Source: an uncultured Bacteroides sp. (GTDB taxonomy: Bacteria > Bacteroidota > Bacteroidia > G022818785). Taken from it: DNA of 64,000 nucleotides. Below the pieces are notes generated by a model, which did not search any database, was not told where the DNA came from, and saw only the letters and a program-made list of their open reading frames with translations. The number at the start of each line of letters is the position of its first letter. The first letter of the stretch is position 1. Both the position numbers and the translations under genes were made by a program. The stretch spans positions 8,225-72,224 of the forward strand of contig CAZUHH010000007.1 of the NCBI GenBank assembly GCA_964620755.1, given 5' to 3'. Below are positions 29,510 through 43,186 of the stretch, piece by piece.

Positions 29510-30535
29510 ATGTTTTTATTTGATTTATTTACTCAAAATATAGCAATTGATTTAGGAACTGCAAATACTTTGATTATATATAATGATAAAGTTGTCATTG
29601 AAGAACCATCTGTTGTAGCAATTAATAGACAAAATGGCAAAATTTTAGCTTTAGGGAAAGAAGCTATGTTTATGGATGGAAAAACGCATGAACATATTAA
29701 AATAATAAGACCAATGAAAGATGGTGTTATTGCAGATTTTCATGCAGCTGAACATATGATTAGAGGATTTATTGAAATGATTGATAAAAAGAAAAATTGG
29801 TTATTCACATCTTTAAATATGGTTATTTGTATACCTTCTGGGATAACTGAAGTTGAAAAAAGAGCAGTTAGAGATTCAGCTGAAATGGCTGGAGCTAAAG
29901 ATGTTTATATGATTCAAGAACCTATGGCAGCTGCTATAGGTATTGGAATTGATGTTTTAGCACCTTGTGGAAATATGATTGTGGATATAGGTGGTGGATC
30001 TACTGAAATAGCTGTTATTGCATTAGGAGGAATAGTAAGTGATCAATCTATACGAATAGCAGGCAATAATTTAGATGATGATATAGTGAATTATATGAGA
30101 TATAAGCACAATGTATTAATAGGATATAGAACAGCTGAAAAAGCTAAAATAGCTATAGGATCAACTATTTATGAAAATAGTAATATCAAATCTTCTAATT
30201 TTACTATTTATGGACGTGATTTAATGACAGGAATACCAAGACAAATTGTTATTTCATCCGATGAAATAGCTAATGCTATAGATAAATCTATAGCAAAAAT
30301 TGAAGAATCTATTTTAAAAGCATTAGAAACTACTCCACCTGAATTAGCTGCAGATATTTATCAAACTGGAATATATTTGACTGGAGGAGGTGCTTTATTA
30401 AAAGGATTAAGTGATAGAATCATGGCAAAAACTAAATTAAATGTTAAAATTGCTGAAGATCCTCTTAGAGCTGTTGTTCGAGGTACTGGAATAGCACAAT
30501 TAAATATTAAAAAATATGCTTTTTTAGTTCAATAA
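29510..30535 (+). CDS. mreB: rod shape-determining protein MreB
   Basis: 341 aa; actin-fold motifs IAIDLGTANTLIY, DIGGGSTE, LTGGGALL. Confidence 0.95.
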   Translation: MFLFDLFTQNIAIDLGTANTLIIYNDKVVIEEPSVVAINRQNGKILALGKEAMFMDGKTHEHIKIIRPMKDGVIADFHAAEHMIRGFIEMIDKKKNWLFTSLNMVICIPSGITEVEKRAVRDSAEMAGAKDVYMIQEPMAAAIGIGIDVLAPCGNMIVDIGGGSTEIAVIALGGIVSDQSIRIAGNNLDDDIVNYMRYKHNVLIGYRTAEKAKIAIGSTIYENSNIKSSNFTIYGRDLMTGIPRQIVISSDEIANAIDKSIAKIEESILKALETTPPELAADIYQTGIYLTGGGALLKGLSDRIMAKTKLNVKIAEDPLRAVVRGTGIAQLNIKKYAFLVQ

Positions 30536-30540
30536 AATAA

Positions 30541-31362
30541 ATGGTATTTTTTTTTATTAAACGTTATAATAATATATTATTGTTATTATTATTTTCATTT
30601 TTGTCTTTTAGTATCTTTATTTTAAATAATGATTTTCAGAAAACTACTATTTTAAATAGCGCAAATAAATATATTGGTATAGTATATAATGTAATTAATC
30701 AATTAAAAGAATATATTAATTTAAAAAATATTAATAATTCATTAATACTAGAAAATATATCATTAAAAAATGATATTATAGCTTTTATCAATAATAAAGA
30801 TTTATTTAATGAAATATCTTTTAATAGATATAATTATATATATGCTAAAGTTATTAATAATAATATATCAGGATTAAATAATTATTTAACTTTAAATAAA
30901 GGATTAAAGCATAATATAAAATCTGGAATGGGTGTAATATCTACTAATGGTATAGTGGGAATTATTAGGGATGTATCTGAAAATTTTAGCACAGTATACT
31001 CTGTTTTAAACCGTAATATAAAAATAAGTGTGAAATTACAATCTAATAACGCTATAGGTTCATTATCATGGGATGGTAATAATATTCAATATGCTAATTT
31101 AAATGATATACCAATACATATAAATGTTTATCCTAATGATGTAATTTTAACAACAGGGTATTCTATTTTTACTGAAAATACACAGGTAGGTGTTATAGTA
31201 AATAGCTCACAATCATTACAGCAACAAAGTGAAAAAAGTGATTTTTGGAATCTTAAAATTAAATTATTTACACATTTTGCTACATTACAATATGTATATA
31301 TTATAGTAGATAATTTTCAATATGAAAAAAATATGTTGGAAAAATTATATTATAATGACTAA
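30541..31362 (+). CDS. mreC: rod shape-determining protein MreC
   Basis: 273 aa; N-terminal TM then coiled-coil region and beta-domain (YPNDVILTTGYSIFTENTQVGVIV); directly follows mreB. Confidence 0.7.
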   Translation: MVFFFIKRYNNILLLLLFSFLSFSIFILNNDFQKTTILNSANKYIGIVYNVINQLKEYINLKNINNSLILENISLKNDIIAFINNKDLFNEISFNRYNYIYAKVINNNISGLNNYLTLNKGLKHNIKSGMGVISTNGIVGIIRDVSENFSTVYSVLNRNIKISVKLQSNNAIGSLSWDGNNIQYANLNDIPIHINVYPNDVILTTGYSIFTENTQVGVIVNSSQSLQQQSEKSDFWNLKIKLFTHFATLQYVYIIVDNFQYEKNMLEKLYYND

Positions 31363-31867
31363 AATTAAATATTTTTTATATCAAGTAAAAATTTTTATTA
31401 TTATTTTGCTATTGCAAATAGTATTACTTAACAATATAAAATTATATGGATTTTATATACCATATATATATATATATATAATTATTTTTCTCCCATTTAA
31501 AATCAATAATTTTTATTCATATTTAATAGCTTTTTCTATAGGAATACTTATAGATACTTTTTATGATACATTAGGATTAAATTGTATTGCATGTATTTGG
31601 ATGACATATATCAAATTGTTGATATCTTTTTTTATTAAAAAAAAATATTTAATAATAGGATTAGATAATTATAAATATATTAATATAATATCAGTATATA
31701 TATATATTTTAGTTCTTACAATTATACATCATATAATAATTTATCATCTAACATTTTTTAAAATAGATAATTTTATATATATAACAATAAATGCTATTTT
31801 TAATGCATTTGTTTCGTCATTTATAATGTTAATTATAAAATTTATAACATTTAATTACAAATTATAA
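31322..31867 (+). CDS. mreD: rod shape-determining protein MreD (putative)
   Basis: 181 aa polytopic membrane protein immediately after mreC; assignment mainly positional; contains a (TA)9 tract. Confidence 0.5.
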   Translation: MKKICWKNYIIMTKIKYFLYQVKIFIIILLLQIVLLNNIKLYGFYIPYIYIYIIIFLPFKINNFYSYLIAFSIGILIDTFYDTLGLNCIACIWMTYIKLLISFFIKKKYLIIGLDNYKYINIISVYIYILVLTIIHHIIIYHLTFFKIDNFIYITINAIFNAFVSSFIMLIIKFITFNYKL

Positions 31868-31877
31868 AAATATATGA

Positions 31878-32123
31878 TTATTTTTTATATTTTTTTACAA
31901 ATTTATCTATTCTACCAGCACTATCTACATATTTTAACTTACCAGTATAAAATGGATGTGACTTACTTGATATTTCTATTTTAAATAATGGATATTCTAT
32001 TCCATCATTTAATTTTATTGTTTCTTTTGTTGATACACACGAACGTGTTAACAAAATATAATCGCTTGATATATCTTTATAAACTACTAATCTGTAATTA
32101 GATGGATGAATATTTTTTTTCAT
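31878..32123 (-). CDS. rpmE: 50S ribosomal protein L31 (type B, no Zn-ribbon cysteines)
   Basis: 81 aa; [14 protein letters not shown]...[10 protein letters not shown] matches L31; the CxxC pairs are absent. Confidence 0.85.
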   Translation of the reverse strand: MKKNIHPSNYRLVVYKDISSDYILLTRSCVSTKETIKLNDGIEYPLFKIEISSKSHPFYTGKLKYVDSAGRIDKFVKKYKK

Positions 32124-32137
32124 TATACAAATAATTT

Positions 32138-32692
32138 TTAAATAATAAAATCGGCAATGCCATAATTTAAAGATTCATTGGCATTCATCCAATAATCTCT
32201 ATCACAATCTTTATTAATTTTTTCTATATCTTTATCACAATTTTCAGCTAATATTTCATTTATTGTTTTTTTTACTTTAATAATTTCATTAGCTTGTATT
32301 TCAATATCTGATGATGTTCCATCAATAATACCAATTGGCTGATGAATCATTACTTTAGCATGTTTATATATATATCTTTTTCCTTTATATCCCGATGATA
32401 ATAATACTGCTCCCATAGAAGCACATAATCCTATGCATATAGTAACTATATTATTATTGATATTTTTTATAACATCATATATGGCTAAGCCAGAAGTAAC
32501 TTGTCCACCAACACTATTTATTATAAGTGTTATATCATCGTTTTTATTACAATAATTTAAATAAATTATTTTTTTAATAATATCATGAGCCATACTATCA
32601 TTAATAGTACCCCATAAAAAAATTTTTCTGTTTGATAATATAACATTATTTATTTTTTCTTGTGAAAAAATAAATTCATTTTTATGATTCAT
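32138..32692 (-). CDS. clpP: ATP-dependent Clp protease proteolytic subunit
   Basis: 184 aa; catalytic Ser region [14 protein letters not shown], His in VMIHQP, Asp downstream. Confidence 0.9.
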   Translation of the reverse strand: MNHKNEFIFSQEKINNVILSNRKIFLWGTINDSMAHDIIKKIIYLNYCNKNDDITLIINSVGGQVTSGLAIYDVIKNINNNIVTICIGLCASMGAVLLSSGYKGKRYIYKHAKVMIHQPIGIIDGTSSDIEIQANEIIKVKKTINEILAENCDKDIEKINKDCDRDYWMNANESLNYGIADFII

Positions 32693-32762
32693 AATAATAA
32701 AAATTATTTAAATTAGTATTATTTTATTGTAAAGAATGTAATATACAAAAAATATTATTAAT

Positions 32763-32833
32763 TGCCCGATAGTATAATGGCAGTACAACAGATTTTGATT
32801 CTGTTTGTCCAGGTTCGAATCCTGGTCGGGTAG
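32763..32833 (+). tRNA. tRNA-Gln (anticodon TTG)
   Basis: Hand-folded: acceptor tgcccga/tcgggta, D-loop with GG, anticodon stem acaga/tctgt with loop ttTTGat, T-loop ggttcgaatcc. Confidence 0.75.
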
Positions 32834-32946
32834 TTTATTACTTTGATATTAAAGTAACATATTATTTATATGTAAAAAATATTTATTAATGTTTTACAAT
32901 TATAATTACAATATAAAATACTTCTTGTTAAATTAAAACAATAAAT

Positions 32947-33525
32947 ATGAAATCTATAAATATTAACAGTTATACACGTTATAATACTGGAAAATTTTAT
33001 ACTAAAGAGTTAAAACGTAATTTTAAAGTACCATGTGTTTTATATTCTAAAAACAAAGTTTCACATTTATATATTAAATATCATAATATTAATTCAATAA
33101 TTCATAGTACAGGATTTAAATTAATTAATTTATTAATAAATGATGAAAACAATGTAACATCTATTATACAAGATATTCAATTTCATCCTGTTAATGATCA
33201 AGTATTACACATTGATTTTATGGAAGTTAACGAAAGTACTATTACAAATGTTAATATTCCTATTAAAATTATTGGCAAAGCACCCGGTATTATAAAGGGA
33301 GGTAAATTATATAGTAATATTAGATTTATTAAAGTTAAAGGGACAATATCTGATTTATTAGATTATATAGAAATTGATATTAGTAATTTAAATATTGGAG
33401 ATAGTATTAAAATTAAAAATTTAAAACTAAATAAGTTACAAGTATTAAATCATATTAATACTACAATTGTTAAAATTTTTATGTCAAAAGCTATGATATC
33501 AGATGAAAAACAAATTACAAAGTAA
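32947..33525 (+). CDS. rplY: 50S ribosomal protein L25 / general stress protein Ctc
   Basis: 192 aa; L25/Ctc N-domain (RYNTGKFYTKELKRNFKVPCVLY...HSTGFKL) with C-terminal extension. Confidence 0.8.
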   Translation: MKSININSYTRYNTGKFYTKELKRNFKVPCVLYSKNKVSHLYIKYHNINSIIHSTGFKLINLLINDENNVTSIIQDIQFHPVNDQVLHIDFMEVNESTITNVNIPIKIIGKAPGIIKGGKLYSNIRFIKVKGTISDLLDYIEIDISNLNIGDSIKIKNLKLNKLQVLNHINTTIVKIFMSKAMISDEKQITK

Positions 33526-33531
33526 TATTCA

Positions 33532-34116
33532 ATGTTAATATATTTGATAATAGGATTAGGAAATAAAGGATTAAAATATTCTAATACTAGACATAATATA
33601 GGATATACTATTATTGATGCATTAAATTTCAAATATAAATATCAATTAAAATATAATAATAATGCATATTATAGTAATATAGATTTATATGATAAAAAAG
33701 TATATTTTATAAAGCCTAATTCATTTATTAATGAAAGTGGCCCAATTGTTAATGAATGGATTTGTAAATTTAAAATTCCTATTGATAATTTATTAGTAAT
33801 ATTTGATGATATTTACTTACCTTTTGGAAAAATAAAAATTAATAAAAGATCAATTAATATTAAACATAATGGTATTAAAAGTATTAATACAAATATAAAA
33901 AGCTATAACTATCCATTATTAAGATTTGGTATAGGTAGCAATTTTTATAAAGGTCATCAATGCAATTATGTTTTAGATAGCTTTAATAAAAAAGAAATAA
34001 AGCTACTTAAAACATATTATATTACCAATGTTTTGAAAGTTATAAATGATTTTATTAAATATAATATACAATATGTTATGAATCATTATAATAATAATAA
34101 AACATTATATTACTGA
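33532..34116 (+). CDS. pth: peptidyl-tRNA hydrolase
   Basis: 194 aa; N-terminus [20 protein letters not shown] (catalytic His) typical of Pth. Confidence 0.85.
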   Translation: MLIYLIIGLGNKGLKYSNTRHNIGYTIIDALNFKYKYQLKYNNNAYYSNIDLYDKKVYFIKPNSFINESGPIVNEWICKFKIPIDNLLVIFDDIYLPFGKIKINKRSINIKHNGIKSINTNIKSYNYPLLRFGIGSNFYKGHQCNYVLDSFNKKEIKLLKTYYITNVLKVINDFIKYNIQYVMNHYNNNKTLYY

Positions 34117-37100
34117 ATATCCTCATATTCATCTTTAGAATATACATTTAAATCTTTATATGTACTAATGCCGGTTCCTGCTGGAATTAAATGGCCTACT
34201 ATAACATTTTCTTTTAACCCTAATAATGGATCTATTTTCCCATTAATAGCTGCTTCATTTAAAACTTTTGTAGTTTCTTGAAAAGATGCAGCTGCAATAA
34301 AACTTTTAGTACCTAATGATGCTTTAGTAATACCTTGTAATATTTGACTTGAAGTAGCTGGATTAGCATCTTTACATTGAATCAAATCAAGATTATTACT
34401 TTTTAAAAATGTATTTTCATCATGCATTTGTCTTGCAGTAATGATTTGTCCAATCTTATATTTTGTTGAAGATTTGGCATAGGTAACAATTTTTTTATCA
34501 TATAATCTATTGTTTTCTTCATTAAAATCTAATTTATTGACAAATTCTCTTTCAATAAATTTAGAATCTCCAGGATCAATTATTAAAACTTTTTGCATCA
34601 TTTGTCTTACTATGACTTCAAAATGTTTATCGTTAATTTTAACACCTTGTAGCCTGTATACTTCTTGTATCTCATTAACTAAATATTCTTGTACAGCTCT
34701 AGGACCCTTTATAGCTAGTATATCCGAAGGAGCTATAACACCATCAGAAAGAGGATCCCCAGCATTAACAAAATCATTATCTTGTACTAAAATATGTTTA
34801 GATAAGGGTATAAGATATTTTTTAGTTTGCATGTCTCTTGATTCTACAATAATTTCTCTATTACCTCTTTTAATACTACCCATAGTTATAGCACCATCTA
34901 TTTCTGAAACTATAGCAGGATTAGATGGATTTCTAGCTTCAAAAAGTTCAGTAACTCTAGGTAATCCCCCTGTAATATCACGAGTTCTACCTGTAAGTCT
35001 TGGAATTTTTGCCAATATTTGCCCTTGATAAACTGTAGAATCGTTATCTACTATAATATGTGCCCCTACAGGCATATTATACGATTTTATATTTTTTTCA
35101 CTATTATATATATTAATAACAGGATTTTTACTTTTATCTCTGGTATCAATAATTACTTTTTCTCGATGACCAGTTTGCTCATCAGATTCTTCTCTATATG
35201 TAATATCTTCTATTATAGATTCGTATTTAATTTTGCCTGATAACTCAGATATTATAACTGCATTATATGGATCCCAAGTACATATAATATCTCCTTGATT
35301 AATATTTTGACCTTCATAAACCATTAAATAAGATCCATATGGTATATTATTGCTTTTTAAAATTTTATTATTAACATTGTCTATAATTCTTATCTCTCCA
35401 GATCTACTTGTTACAACAGATTTATTATCTTGATTTGAATCTGTATAACTAATATATTTAATTGAATCAAATTGTAATATACCAGAAAACTTAGCAATGA
35501 TTTGAGATTTTGATGCTATACTTGATGCAGTACCTCCTACATGAAATGTCCTTAATGTAAGTTGAGTGCCAGGCTCACCAATAGATTGAGCTGCTATTAC
35601 TCCAACTGCTTCTCCTATTTGAACTATATTCCCTATAGCCAAATTTCTACCATAACATTTTATACAAACTCCTCTTTTAGATTCACATGTTAAAACAGAT
35701 CTGATATCAACTGATTCTATAGATGATATTTCAATTAATTTTGCAATATCTTCATTTATTTCTTCTCCTGATTTAACATATAATTGATTACTAATAGGAT
35801 CATACACATCATTTAATGCCATTCTGCCTAATATTCTATCATATAAAGGTTCAACTATATCTTCATTATCTTTTAATGAAGTAATTGATACTCCTCTAAG
35901 AGTATTACAATCATATTCTGTAATAATTACATCTTGTGCTATATCATGTAGTCTTCTTGTTAAATATCCTGCATCTGCAGTTTTTAATGCTGTATCTGCC
36001 AAACCTTTTCTTGCTCCATGTGTTGATATAAAATACTCCAAAACTGAAAGTCCTTCCTTAAAATTTGATAAAATTGGATTTTCTATTATTTCACCCCCTC
36101 CGCTGGATTTTTGAGGTTTAGCCATTAACCCTCTTATGCCACATAATTGCCTAATTTGTTCCTTTGATCCTCTTGCACCAGAATCTATCATCATATATAC
36201 TGAATTAAATCCTTCTTGATCATTTGATAATAAATTAATAAGATTATCAGTTAAATTAGAATTTATTTTTGTCCATATATCTATTATTTGATTATATCTC
36301 TCATTATTAGTAATTAATCCCATATTATAATTATTCCATATTTCTCTAACTTCTGAATTAGCTTTATCAATTAATTGATATTTATTAGATGGTATAATTA
36401 AATCTCTTAAATTAAATGATAATCCACCTTCAAATGCATTTTTGAATCCTAAATGTTTAATATCATCTAAAAATTTAGATGCTCTTGCTATACCATTTTT
36501 TTGAATTATTTTACTTATAAGATTTCTTAACAATTTTTTAGTGATTACTTGATTAATAAAATCTAATTCATTAGGTATTAAATTATTAAAAATGACACGA
36601 CCCACTGTTGTTTTAATAGTACTATTAACATTTTTTTTAATTTTAAGCATAATCCATGAATGTATATTTATTTTACATTGATTATATGCTATATTAACTT
36701 CTTCATATCCATAAAAAATAGATTTAAAACATACTTGAGATTTTACTTCATTACTCTTAGTTAAATAATATAGCCCTAATACCATATCTTGTGATGGCAC
36801 AGTTATAGGCATACCATTAGCTGGATTTAATATATTATGTGATGCTAACATTAATATTTGAGCTTCAACAATAGCTGCGTTACTAAGAGGAATATGAACT
36901 GCCATTTGATCACCATCAAAATCTGCATTAAAAGCAGTACATACTAAAGGATGTAATTGAATTGCTTTACCTTCAATTAATTTTGGTTGAAAAGCTTGAA
37001 TACTTAGTCTATGCAATGTAGGTGCTCTATTTAATAAAACAGGATGTCCTACAAGAATATTTTCTAATATTTCCCATATTATAGACTCTTTATCGTCAAT

Positions 37101-38342
37101 AAGTTTTTTAGCTGATTTTACTGTTTTTACAATATTTCTTTCTAATAATTTTCTTATTATAAAAGGTTTATATAATTCATATGCCATTTCTTTAGGAATA
37201 CCACATTCATGTAATTGTAATTCTGGCCCTACTACAATAACTGATCTTCCAGAATAATCAACTCTTTTACCTAGTAAATTTTGACGAAATCTACCTTGTT
37301 TACCTTTTAAAATATCAGATAAAGATTTTAATGTTCGATTGCCTTCTGTTTTTACAGCATTAGATTTTCTAGAATTATCAAATAATGAATCTATAGCTTC
37401 TTGTAACATTCTTTTTTCATTTCTTAAAATTACTTCAGGAGCTTTAATTTCTATAAGACGTTTTAATCTATTATTTCTAATAATAACTCTTCTATATAAA
37501 TCATTAATATCAGATGCTGCAAATCTTCCTCCATCTAATGGAACTAAAGGCCTTAATTCAGGAGGTATAACTGGCAATATATCAATAATCATCCATTCAG
37601 GTTTATTCTCAAATCTATTATTAGCTTCTCTAAATAATTCTACAATGTGAAGCCTTTTTAAGGCTTCATTTTTTCGTTGTTGAGATGTTTCAACAAGAGA
37701 TTGATTTCGTAATTCATATGACAAATCATCTAAATTTATATTTTTTAATATATCTTTAAGAGCTTCACCACCCATTTTAGCTATAAATTTATTAGGATCA
37801 GTATCATCTAAATATTTATTATCCTTTGGCAATGAATCGCATATATTTATATATTCATCTTCAGTTAAAAAATCAAAATTTTTAATACCATCTTTTTCTT
37901 TTATTCCTGCTTTAATTACAATATATCTTTCATAATATATTATCATTTCTAATTTTTTTGAAGAAATACCAGTTAAATATCCTATTTTATTAGGCAACGA
38001 TCTAAAATACCATATATGAACAATTGGAACAACTAAATTGATATGCCCTACACGTTCTCTTCTTATTTTTTTTTCTGTTACTTCAACACCACATCGATCA
38101 CATATAATTCCTTTATAACGTATTCGTTTATATTTACCACAACCACATTCATAATCTTTAATAGGACCAAAAATTCTTTCACAGAATAATCCATCTCTTT
38201 CAGGTTTAAAAGTTCTATAATTAATAGTTTCCGGTTTCAATACTTCTCCGCTAGATTTTTGCAAAATAGATTCTGGAGAAGATAAACTAATAATAATAGA
38301 AGAAAAATTACCATCAGTTCTAATTGGTTTCTTATCTAACAT
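34110..38342 (-). CDS. rpoC: DNA-directed RNA polymerase subunit beta'
   Basis: 1410 aa; Zn-binding CxxC...CxxC N-terminus, catalytic NADFDGDQM motif, full-length collinearity. Confidence 0.97.
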   Translation of the reverse strand: MLDKKPIRTDGNFSSIIISLSSPESILQKSSGEVLKPETINYRTFKPERDGLFCERIFGPIKDYECGCGKYKRIRYKGIICDRCGVEVTEKKIRRERVGHINLVVPIVHIWYFRSLPNKIGYLTGISSKKLEMIIYYERYIVIKAGIKEKDGIKNFDFLTEDEYINICDSLPKDNKYLDDTDPNKFIAKMGGEALKDILKNINLDDLSYELRNQSLVETSQQRKNEALKRLHIVELFREANNRFENKPEWMIIDILPVIPPELRPLVPLDGGRFAASDINDLYRRVIIRNNRLKRLIEIKAPEVILRNEKRMLQEAIDSLFDNSRKSNAVKTEGNRTLKSLSDILKGKQGRFRQNLLGKRVDYSGRSVIVVGPELQLHECGIPKEMAYELYKPFIIRKLLERNIVKTVKSAKKLIDDKESIIWEILENILVGHPVLLNRAPTLHRLSIQAFQPKLIEGKAIQLHPLVCTAFNADFDGDQMAVHIPLSNAAIVEAQILMLASHNILNPANGMPITVPSQDMVLGLYYLTKSNEVKSQVCFKSIFYGYEEVNIAYNQCKINIHSWIMLKIKKNVNSTIKTTVGRVIFNNLIPNELDFINQVITKKLLRNLISKIIQKNGIARASKFLDDIKHLGFKNAFEGGLSFNLRDLIIPSNKYQLIDKANSEVREIWNNYNMGLITNNERYNQIIDIWTKINSNLTDNLINLLSNDQEGFNSVYMMIDSGARGSKEQIRQLCGIRGLMAKPQKSSGGGEIIENPILSNFKEGLSVLEYFISTHGARKGLADTALKTADAGYLTRRLHDIAQDVIITEYDCNTLRGVSITSLKDNEDIVEPLYDRILGRMALNDVYDPISNQLYVKSGEEINEDIAKLIEISSIESVDIRSVLTCESKRGVCIKCYGRNLAIGNIVQIGEAVGVIAAQSIGEPGTQLTLRTFHVGGTASSIASKSQIIAKFSGILQFDSIKYISYTDSNQDNKSVVTSRSGEIRIIDNVNNKILKSNNIPYGSYLMVYEGQNINQGDIICTWDPYNAVIISELSGKIKYESIIEDITYREESDEQTGHREKVIIDTRDKSKNPVINIYNSEKNIKSYNMPVGAHIIVDNDSTVYQGQILAKIPRLTGRTRDITGGLPRVTELFEARNPSNPAIVSEIDGAITMGSIKRGNREIIVESRDMQTKKYLIPLSKHILVQDNDFVNAGDPLSDGVIAPSDILAIKGPRAVQEYLVNEIQEVYRLQGVKINDKHFEVIVRQMMQKVLIIDPGDSKFIEREFVNKLDFNEENNRLYDKKIVTYAKSSTKYKIGQIITARQMHDENTFLKSNNLDLIQCKDANPATSSQILQGITKASLGTKSFIAAASFQETTKVLNEAAINGKIDPLLGLKENVIVGHLIPAGTGISTYKDLNVYSKDEYEDIQ

Positions 38343-38359
38343 ATTAATAATATTATTAT

Positions 38360-41300
38360 TTATTTAAATTTTATTTCAAGACATAATCCCATAAGTTCAT
38401 GCACCAAAACATTAAATGATTCTGGAACTCCTGGAACAGGAAGTGGATTACCTTTTACAATTGCTCCATATGCTTTAGATCTTGAACTAATATCATCAGA
38501 CTTCAAAGTCAATATTTCACGCAATATATTAGAAGCTCCAAAAGCTTCTAAAGCCCATACTTCCATTTCTCCAATCCTTTGTCCACCAAATTGAGATTTA
38601 CCTCCTAATGGTTGTTGCATTACCAATGAATAAGGACCTATCGATCTTGCATGCATTTTATCATCTGCCATATGTCCTAATTTCATTATATATATTATTC
38701 CAACTGTAGTAGAGCTATGAAATCTTTCACCAGTTAATCCATTATATAAATATGTAGCACCTAGCTTAGGAAGATTAGCTTTATTAATCCAATAATCAAC
38801 TTCTTTATATGAAGCACCATCAAATATAGGACTAGAAAATTTAATATTTAAAACATCTCCTGCCCAACCTAATATAGTTTCATATATTTGTCCTATATTC
38901 ATACGTGAAGGAACTCCTAATGGATTTAATATAATATCAATAGGCGTACCGTCACTTAAAAAAGGCATATCTTCTTGTCTAACAATTTTTGCAATAATGC
39001 CTTTATTGCCATGTCTACCCGCTATTTTATCTCCAACTTTCAATTTTCTTTTTTGTGCTATAGTAACTTTAGCTCTTTTTAATACCCCAGAAGGTAATTC
39101 GTCTCCTACAGTAATAGAAAATATATTACGTTTATATTTATTATTAATTTTTTTTAATTCTAATAAATAATTGGAAATTAATTGTTTTAAGATTTTATTT
39201 TTATTATCATCATTAGTTAAATCATATGAATTTATATTACTATAATCAATATTGTATAATATTGAGTCAGTTATATTTGTATTTGCATTAATAATAATAT
39301 TACCATTAATATCCTTAATTTCTTTTTCAAAGATATTACTATCTATAATAGTAAGTATTTTGCTAACTAATTGATTCTTTATTAAAGCAATATTCTTATT
39401 ATATTGCGATTCTAATTCTTTAATTTTTTTCTTTAAAATTTTATTATCAAGTTTTGATTTATCTAATCTTGTTAATAATTGTGTATTTATTACAGTTCCA
39501 TATACAGATTGAGATGCTCTTAAGGATGTATCTTTTACATCTCCTGCCTTATCACCAAAAATAGCTCTTAAAAGTTTTTCTTCTGGCGAAGGATCTACTT
39601 CTCCTTTAGGTGTAATTTTTCCTATTAATATATCTCCTGGCTTAACATTAGATCCTATCATAATAATACCATTTTCATCTAATTTTCTTACAGCATCATC
39701 ACTAACATTTGGTATATCTGATGAAAACTCTTCTTTCCCTCTTTTAGTATCCCTTACATCTAATTCATATTCTTCTATATATATTGAAGTTAATAAATCA
39801 TTTTTTACAACATTTTCAGATATTACAATAGCATCTTCAAAATTAAATCCTTGCCAAGGCATAAATGCAACTTTCAAATTTCTACCAAGGGCTAATTCGC
39901 CTTGTTGTGTTGAATAACCTTCACATAAAACTTGATTTTTTACAACTCTTTCACCCATTTTTACTATGGGTTTTAAGTTGATACATGTATTTTGATTAGT
40001 TTTTTTGAATTTTGTTAAATTATATTGTTTTATATTATTTTCAAAGCTAATAATTTCTTTTTCTTTACATAAATCATATTTTATAATTATAGTACTAGAA
40101 TCAACATATTGTATTATACCATCATTTTCTGCATTTATCATAGATCCAGAATACTTTACTACATCCTGTTCTAATCCAGTTCCTACTACAGGTGATTCAG
40201 GATATAATAAAGGTACAGCTTGTCTTTGCATATTAGATCCCATGAGTGCCCTATTGGCATCATCATGTTCTAAAAATGGTATTAAAGACGAAGCTATCGA
40301 TGTTATTTGATTAGATGCAATATCCATTAATGTTATTTTATCTGATGCGACTACAGAGAAATCTCCTTCATATCTAGCCTTAACATATTTTTGAGTAAAA
40401 TTACCATTACTATCAATTAATGTATTGGCTTGAGTGATAATTTTGTCATCTTCTTCTTCAGCGCTCAAATATATAGGTTTTTCATTTATAGAAACTTTAC
40501 CATTAGTAACTTTTCTATATGGAGTTTCAATAAATCCCAAATCATTTATTTTAGCATATACACATAGAGATGATATTAATCCAATATTAGGACCTTCTGG
40601 TGTTTCTATTGTACACAATCTACCATAATGAGTATGATGTACATCTCTAACTTCAAAACCAGCACGTTCTCTAGATAATCCTCCAGGACCAAGAGCAGAT
40701 AGTCTTCTTTTGTGGGTTATTTCTGATAAAATATTGGTTTGATCCATAAATTGAGATAATTGATTTGTCCCAAAAAATGAATTTATAACAGATGACAAAA
40801 TCCTAGCATTTATTAAATCTACAGGAGCAAAAACTTCATTATCCCTAATATTCATTCTTTCTCTAATAGTTCTTGTCATTCTAGAAAAACCTAAACAAAA
40901 TTGCGTATAAAGTTGTTCTCCTACAGTTTTAACCCTTCTATTGCTTAAATGATCAATATCATCAATATCTTCTTTAGAATTTACTAATTTAATTAAATAT
41001 TTAACAATATAAATAATATCTTTTTTCGTTAAAACTCTAACATTAGATGGTATATCTATATTGAGCTTCCTATTAATTCTATATCTTCCAACGTTTCCTA
41101 AATCATACCTTTTGTCTGAAAAAAACAATTTATCTATAATACTTTTAGCAGTTTCTTCATCTGGAGGCTCTGAATTACGTAATTGTTTATAAATATATTC
41201 TACAGCTTCTTTTTCAGAATTAGAAACATCTTTTTGTAATGTATTATATATTATAGAAGATTCAGAAGAAGTAAAATTATTATTAATAACCATAATATAT

Positions 41301-42208
41301 TTTACACCAGAATCAACAATTGTGTTTATATTATCATTTGATATTAATATACCTCTTTCTAAAACTATGTCATTTTTATATACTGAAATAACTTCACCTG
41401 TATCTTCGTCTACAAAATCTTCTATCCAAGTTTTAAGAATATTAGCAGCTAATTTATATCCTATATATTTTTGTAAATTTATATAATCAACTTTAGCTTC
41501 TTCAGCTATATCAAATAATTTTAAAATGTCATCATCGCTTCCATATCCTATAGCTCTTAATAAAGTTGTAACAGGAAACTTTTTTTTACGATCTATATAT
41601 GCATACATGATATAATTCATATCAGTTGCAAATTCAATCCAAGCACCTTTAAAAGGTATAACCCTTGCAGAATATAATTTAATACCATTATTATGCCTGC
41701 TTTGTGCAAAAAATACACCTGGAGATCTATGTAATTGAGAAACTACAACTCTTTCAATACCATTAATTACAAAAGAACCCTTACTAGTCATATAAGGTAT
41801 ATTGCCCAAATATACATCTTGTACAATTGTTTTAAATTCTTCATGTTCATCGTCATTACAAGACAATTTTAATTTAGCTTTTAAAGAAACATTATATGTT
41901 AATCCATATCTTATACATTCATCAACACTATATTTAGGAGGATCTATAAAATAATCTATAAATTCTAAATTATATATGTTTTTAACGTCATTAACAGGGA
42001 AATTTTCTTTAAAAACTTTATATAAATCTTTATTAATTTTTTCATCCGATGTAGTTTTTAATTGAAAAAATTTTTTAAAAGATTTTATTTGAAGTTCTAA
42101 AAAATCTGGATAATCTACTTTCAAAGAATTCTTTGAAAAAGATATTCTCTTATTAGTGTAACTCAAATTATATTTTTTTTTATATGATATGAAAATTTTA
42201 TTAAACAA
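38360..42208 (-). CDS. rpoB: DNA-directed RNA polymerase subunit beta
   Basis: 1282 aa; conserved rifampicin-cluster and catalytic regions ([27 protein letters not shown]). Confidence 0.97.
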   Translation of the reverse strand: MFNKIFISYKKKYNLSYTNKRISFSKNSLKVDYPDFLELQIKSFKKFFQLKTTSDEKINKDLYKVFKENFPVNDVKNIYNLEFIDYFIDPPKYSVDECIRYGLTYNVSLKAKLKLSCNDDEHEEFKTIVQDVYLGNIPYMTSKGSFVINGIERVVVSQLHRSPGVFFAQSRHNNGIKLYSARVIPFKGAWIEFATDMNYIMYAYIDRKKKFPVTTLLRAIGYGSDDDILKLFDIAEEAKVDYINLQKYIGYKLAANILKTWIEDFVDEDTGEVISVYKNDIVLERGILISNDNINTIVDSGVKYIMVINNNFTSSESSIIYNTLQKDVSNSEKEAVEYIYKQLRNSEPPDEETAKSIIDKLFFSDKRYDLGNVGRYRINRKLNIDIPSNVRVLTKKDIIYIVKYLIKLVNSKEDIDDIDHLSNRRVKTVGEQLYTQFCLGFSRMTRTIRERMNIRDNEVFAPVDLINARILSSVINSFFGTNQLSQFMDQTNILSEITHKRRLSALGPGGLSRERAGFEVRDVHHTHYGRLCTIETPEGPNIGLISSLCVYAKINDLGFIETPYRKVTNGKVSINEKPIYLSAEEEDDKIITQANTLIDSNGNFTQKYVKARYEGDFSVVASDKITLMDIASNQITSIASSLIPFLEHDDANRALMGSNMQRQAVPLLYPESPVVGTGLEQDVVKYSGSMINAENDGIIQYVDSSTIIIKYDLCKEKEIISFENNIKQYNLTKFKKTNQNTCINLKPIVKMGERVVKNQVLCEGYSTQQGELALGRNLKVAFMPWQGFNFEDAIVISENVVKNDLLTSIYIEEYELDVRDTKRGKEEFSSDIPNVSDDAVRKLDENGIIMIGSNVKPGDILIGKITPKGEVDPSPEEKLLRAIFGDKAGDVKDTSLRASQSVYGTVINTQLLTRLDKSKLDNKILKKKIKELESQYNKNIALIKNQLVSKILTIIDSNIFEKEIKDINGNIIINANTNITDSILYNIDYSNINSYDLTNDDNKNKILKQLISNYLLELKKINNKYKRNIFSITVGDELPSGVLKRAKVTIAQKRKLKVGDKIAGRHGNKGIIAKIVRQEDMPFLSDGTPIDIILNPLGVPSRMNIGQIYETILGWAGDVLNIKFSSPIFDGASYKEVDYWINKANLPKLGATYLYNGLTGERFHSSTTVGIIYIMKLGHMADDKMHARSIGPYSLVMQQPLGGKSQFGGQRIGEMEVWALEAFGASNILREILTLKSDDISSRSKAYGAIVKGNPLPVPGVPESFNVLVHELMGLCLEIKFK

Positions 42209-42587
42209 TATTTACTTTAGCACCTGATGACTCTAATTTTTGTTTAATTTTATTAGCTTCTTCCTTATCAATATTTTCTTTAATATTTTTTGGAACATTA
42301 TCAACTATTTCTTTAGATTCTTTAAGAGAGAGCCCTGTTATTTCTTTAACTGTTTTAATAACCGATAATTTCTGTGTACCTATTTCTTCCAATCGTACAT
42401 TAAAACTTGTTTTTTCAACTTTAGCCTTTTCAGAAGATACATTAGAAGATGAGTCAACAGAATTAATATTTTGATTTATAGAATTAGTTTCTATATTATG
42501 TTCATCTTTTAATATTTTCGTTAATTCATTAATTTCTTTAACAGTTAAATTAACTAATTGATTTGCAAATGCTTTTAAATCTGTCAT
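42201..42587 (-). CDS. rplL: 50S ribosomal protein L7/L12
   Basis: 128 aa; N-terminal dimerisation domain, acidic hinge, C-terminal domain ending SSGAKVNIV. Confidence 0.9.
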   Translation of the reverse strand: MTDLKAFANQLVNLTVKEINELTKILKDEHNIETNSINQNINSVDSSSNVSSEKAKVEKTSFNVRLEEIGTQKLSVIKTVKEITGLSLKESKEIVDNVPKNIKENIDKEEANKIKQKLESSGAKVNIV

Positions 42588-42654
42588 ATATTTTTATTAT
42601 AAATAAATCTTACAAAATATCACTAATTTAACAATACAATTTTAATACTAAAAA

Positions 42655-43179
42655 TTATATTGATCTTTTTTTTAAAAAATTTAACAATATCATTATTTGA
42701 TTATTTTTGCATTTTAAATAATTAATGGTATTAAATAAATTTGAATTTAAGCTCCACAATATATTTGATATTATATCTTCTTTAGTTTTAAACTTCAAAA
42801 AATACTCAATATTATTATTAACATATATATTACTATCTATTAAAGCTCCTTTTACAATAATATCAATATTTTTATCAGAATTAATATTTTTTATTATTTT
42901 GGCCGGTGTATTAACATGTTTATTGGTTAGCATTAAGGCAGAAGATCCTTTTAAAATAGTATCTATATAAGAACTATTCTGATTTGATAATTCAAATGAT
43001 TTTTTTAATAATTTATTTTTTGCAATTTTTAATTTTATTTTTGCTTTATAGCAACAATATCTAACATAATTCATATCAGAGGCCGATATTTTAGAAATAT
43101 CAACAATATATATTGAATTATAATATTTAATATTACTAAGTAGTTTGTTAACTATATTATTATTTAATAACTTACTCAT
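42655..43179 (-). CDS. rplJ: 50S ribosomal protein L10
   Basis: Collinear with L10 from MSKLLNNNIVNKLL...YIVDISKISASDMNYVR; the track ORF extends to 43209 and would overlap rplA; the internal Met at 43179 is preferred. Confidence 0.85.
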   Translation of the reverse strand: MSKLLNNNIVNKLLSNIKYYNSIYIVDISKISASDMNYVRYCCYKAKIKLKIAKNKLLKKSFELSNQNSSYIDTILKGSSALMLTNKHVNTPAKIIKNINSDKNIDIIVKGALIDSNIYVNNNIEYFLKFKTKEDIISNILWSLNSNLFNTINYLKCKNNQIMILLNFLKKRSI

Positions 43180-43186
43180 AATGTAT

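Noticed and set aside
34510-35240. Plus-strand ORFs (172 aa, 73 aa), plus 37339..37650 and 40005..40628, inside rpoC/rpoB
   Set aside because: They are antisense to highly conserved RNA polymerase genes, and their Ser/Leu/Ile-rich translations mirror the sense-strand codon bias. No independent support.
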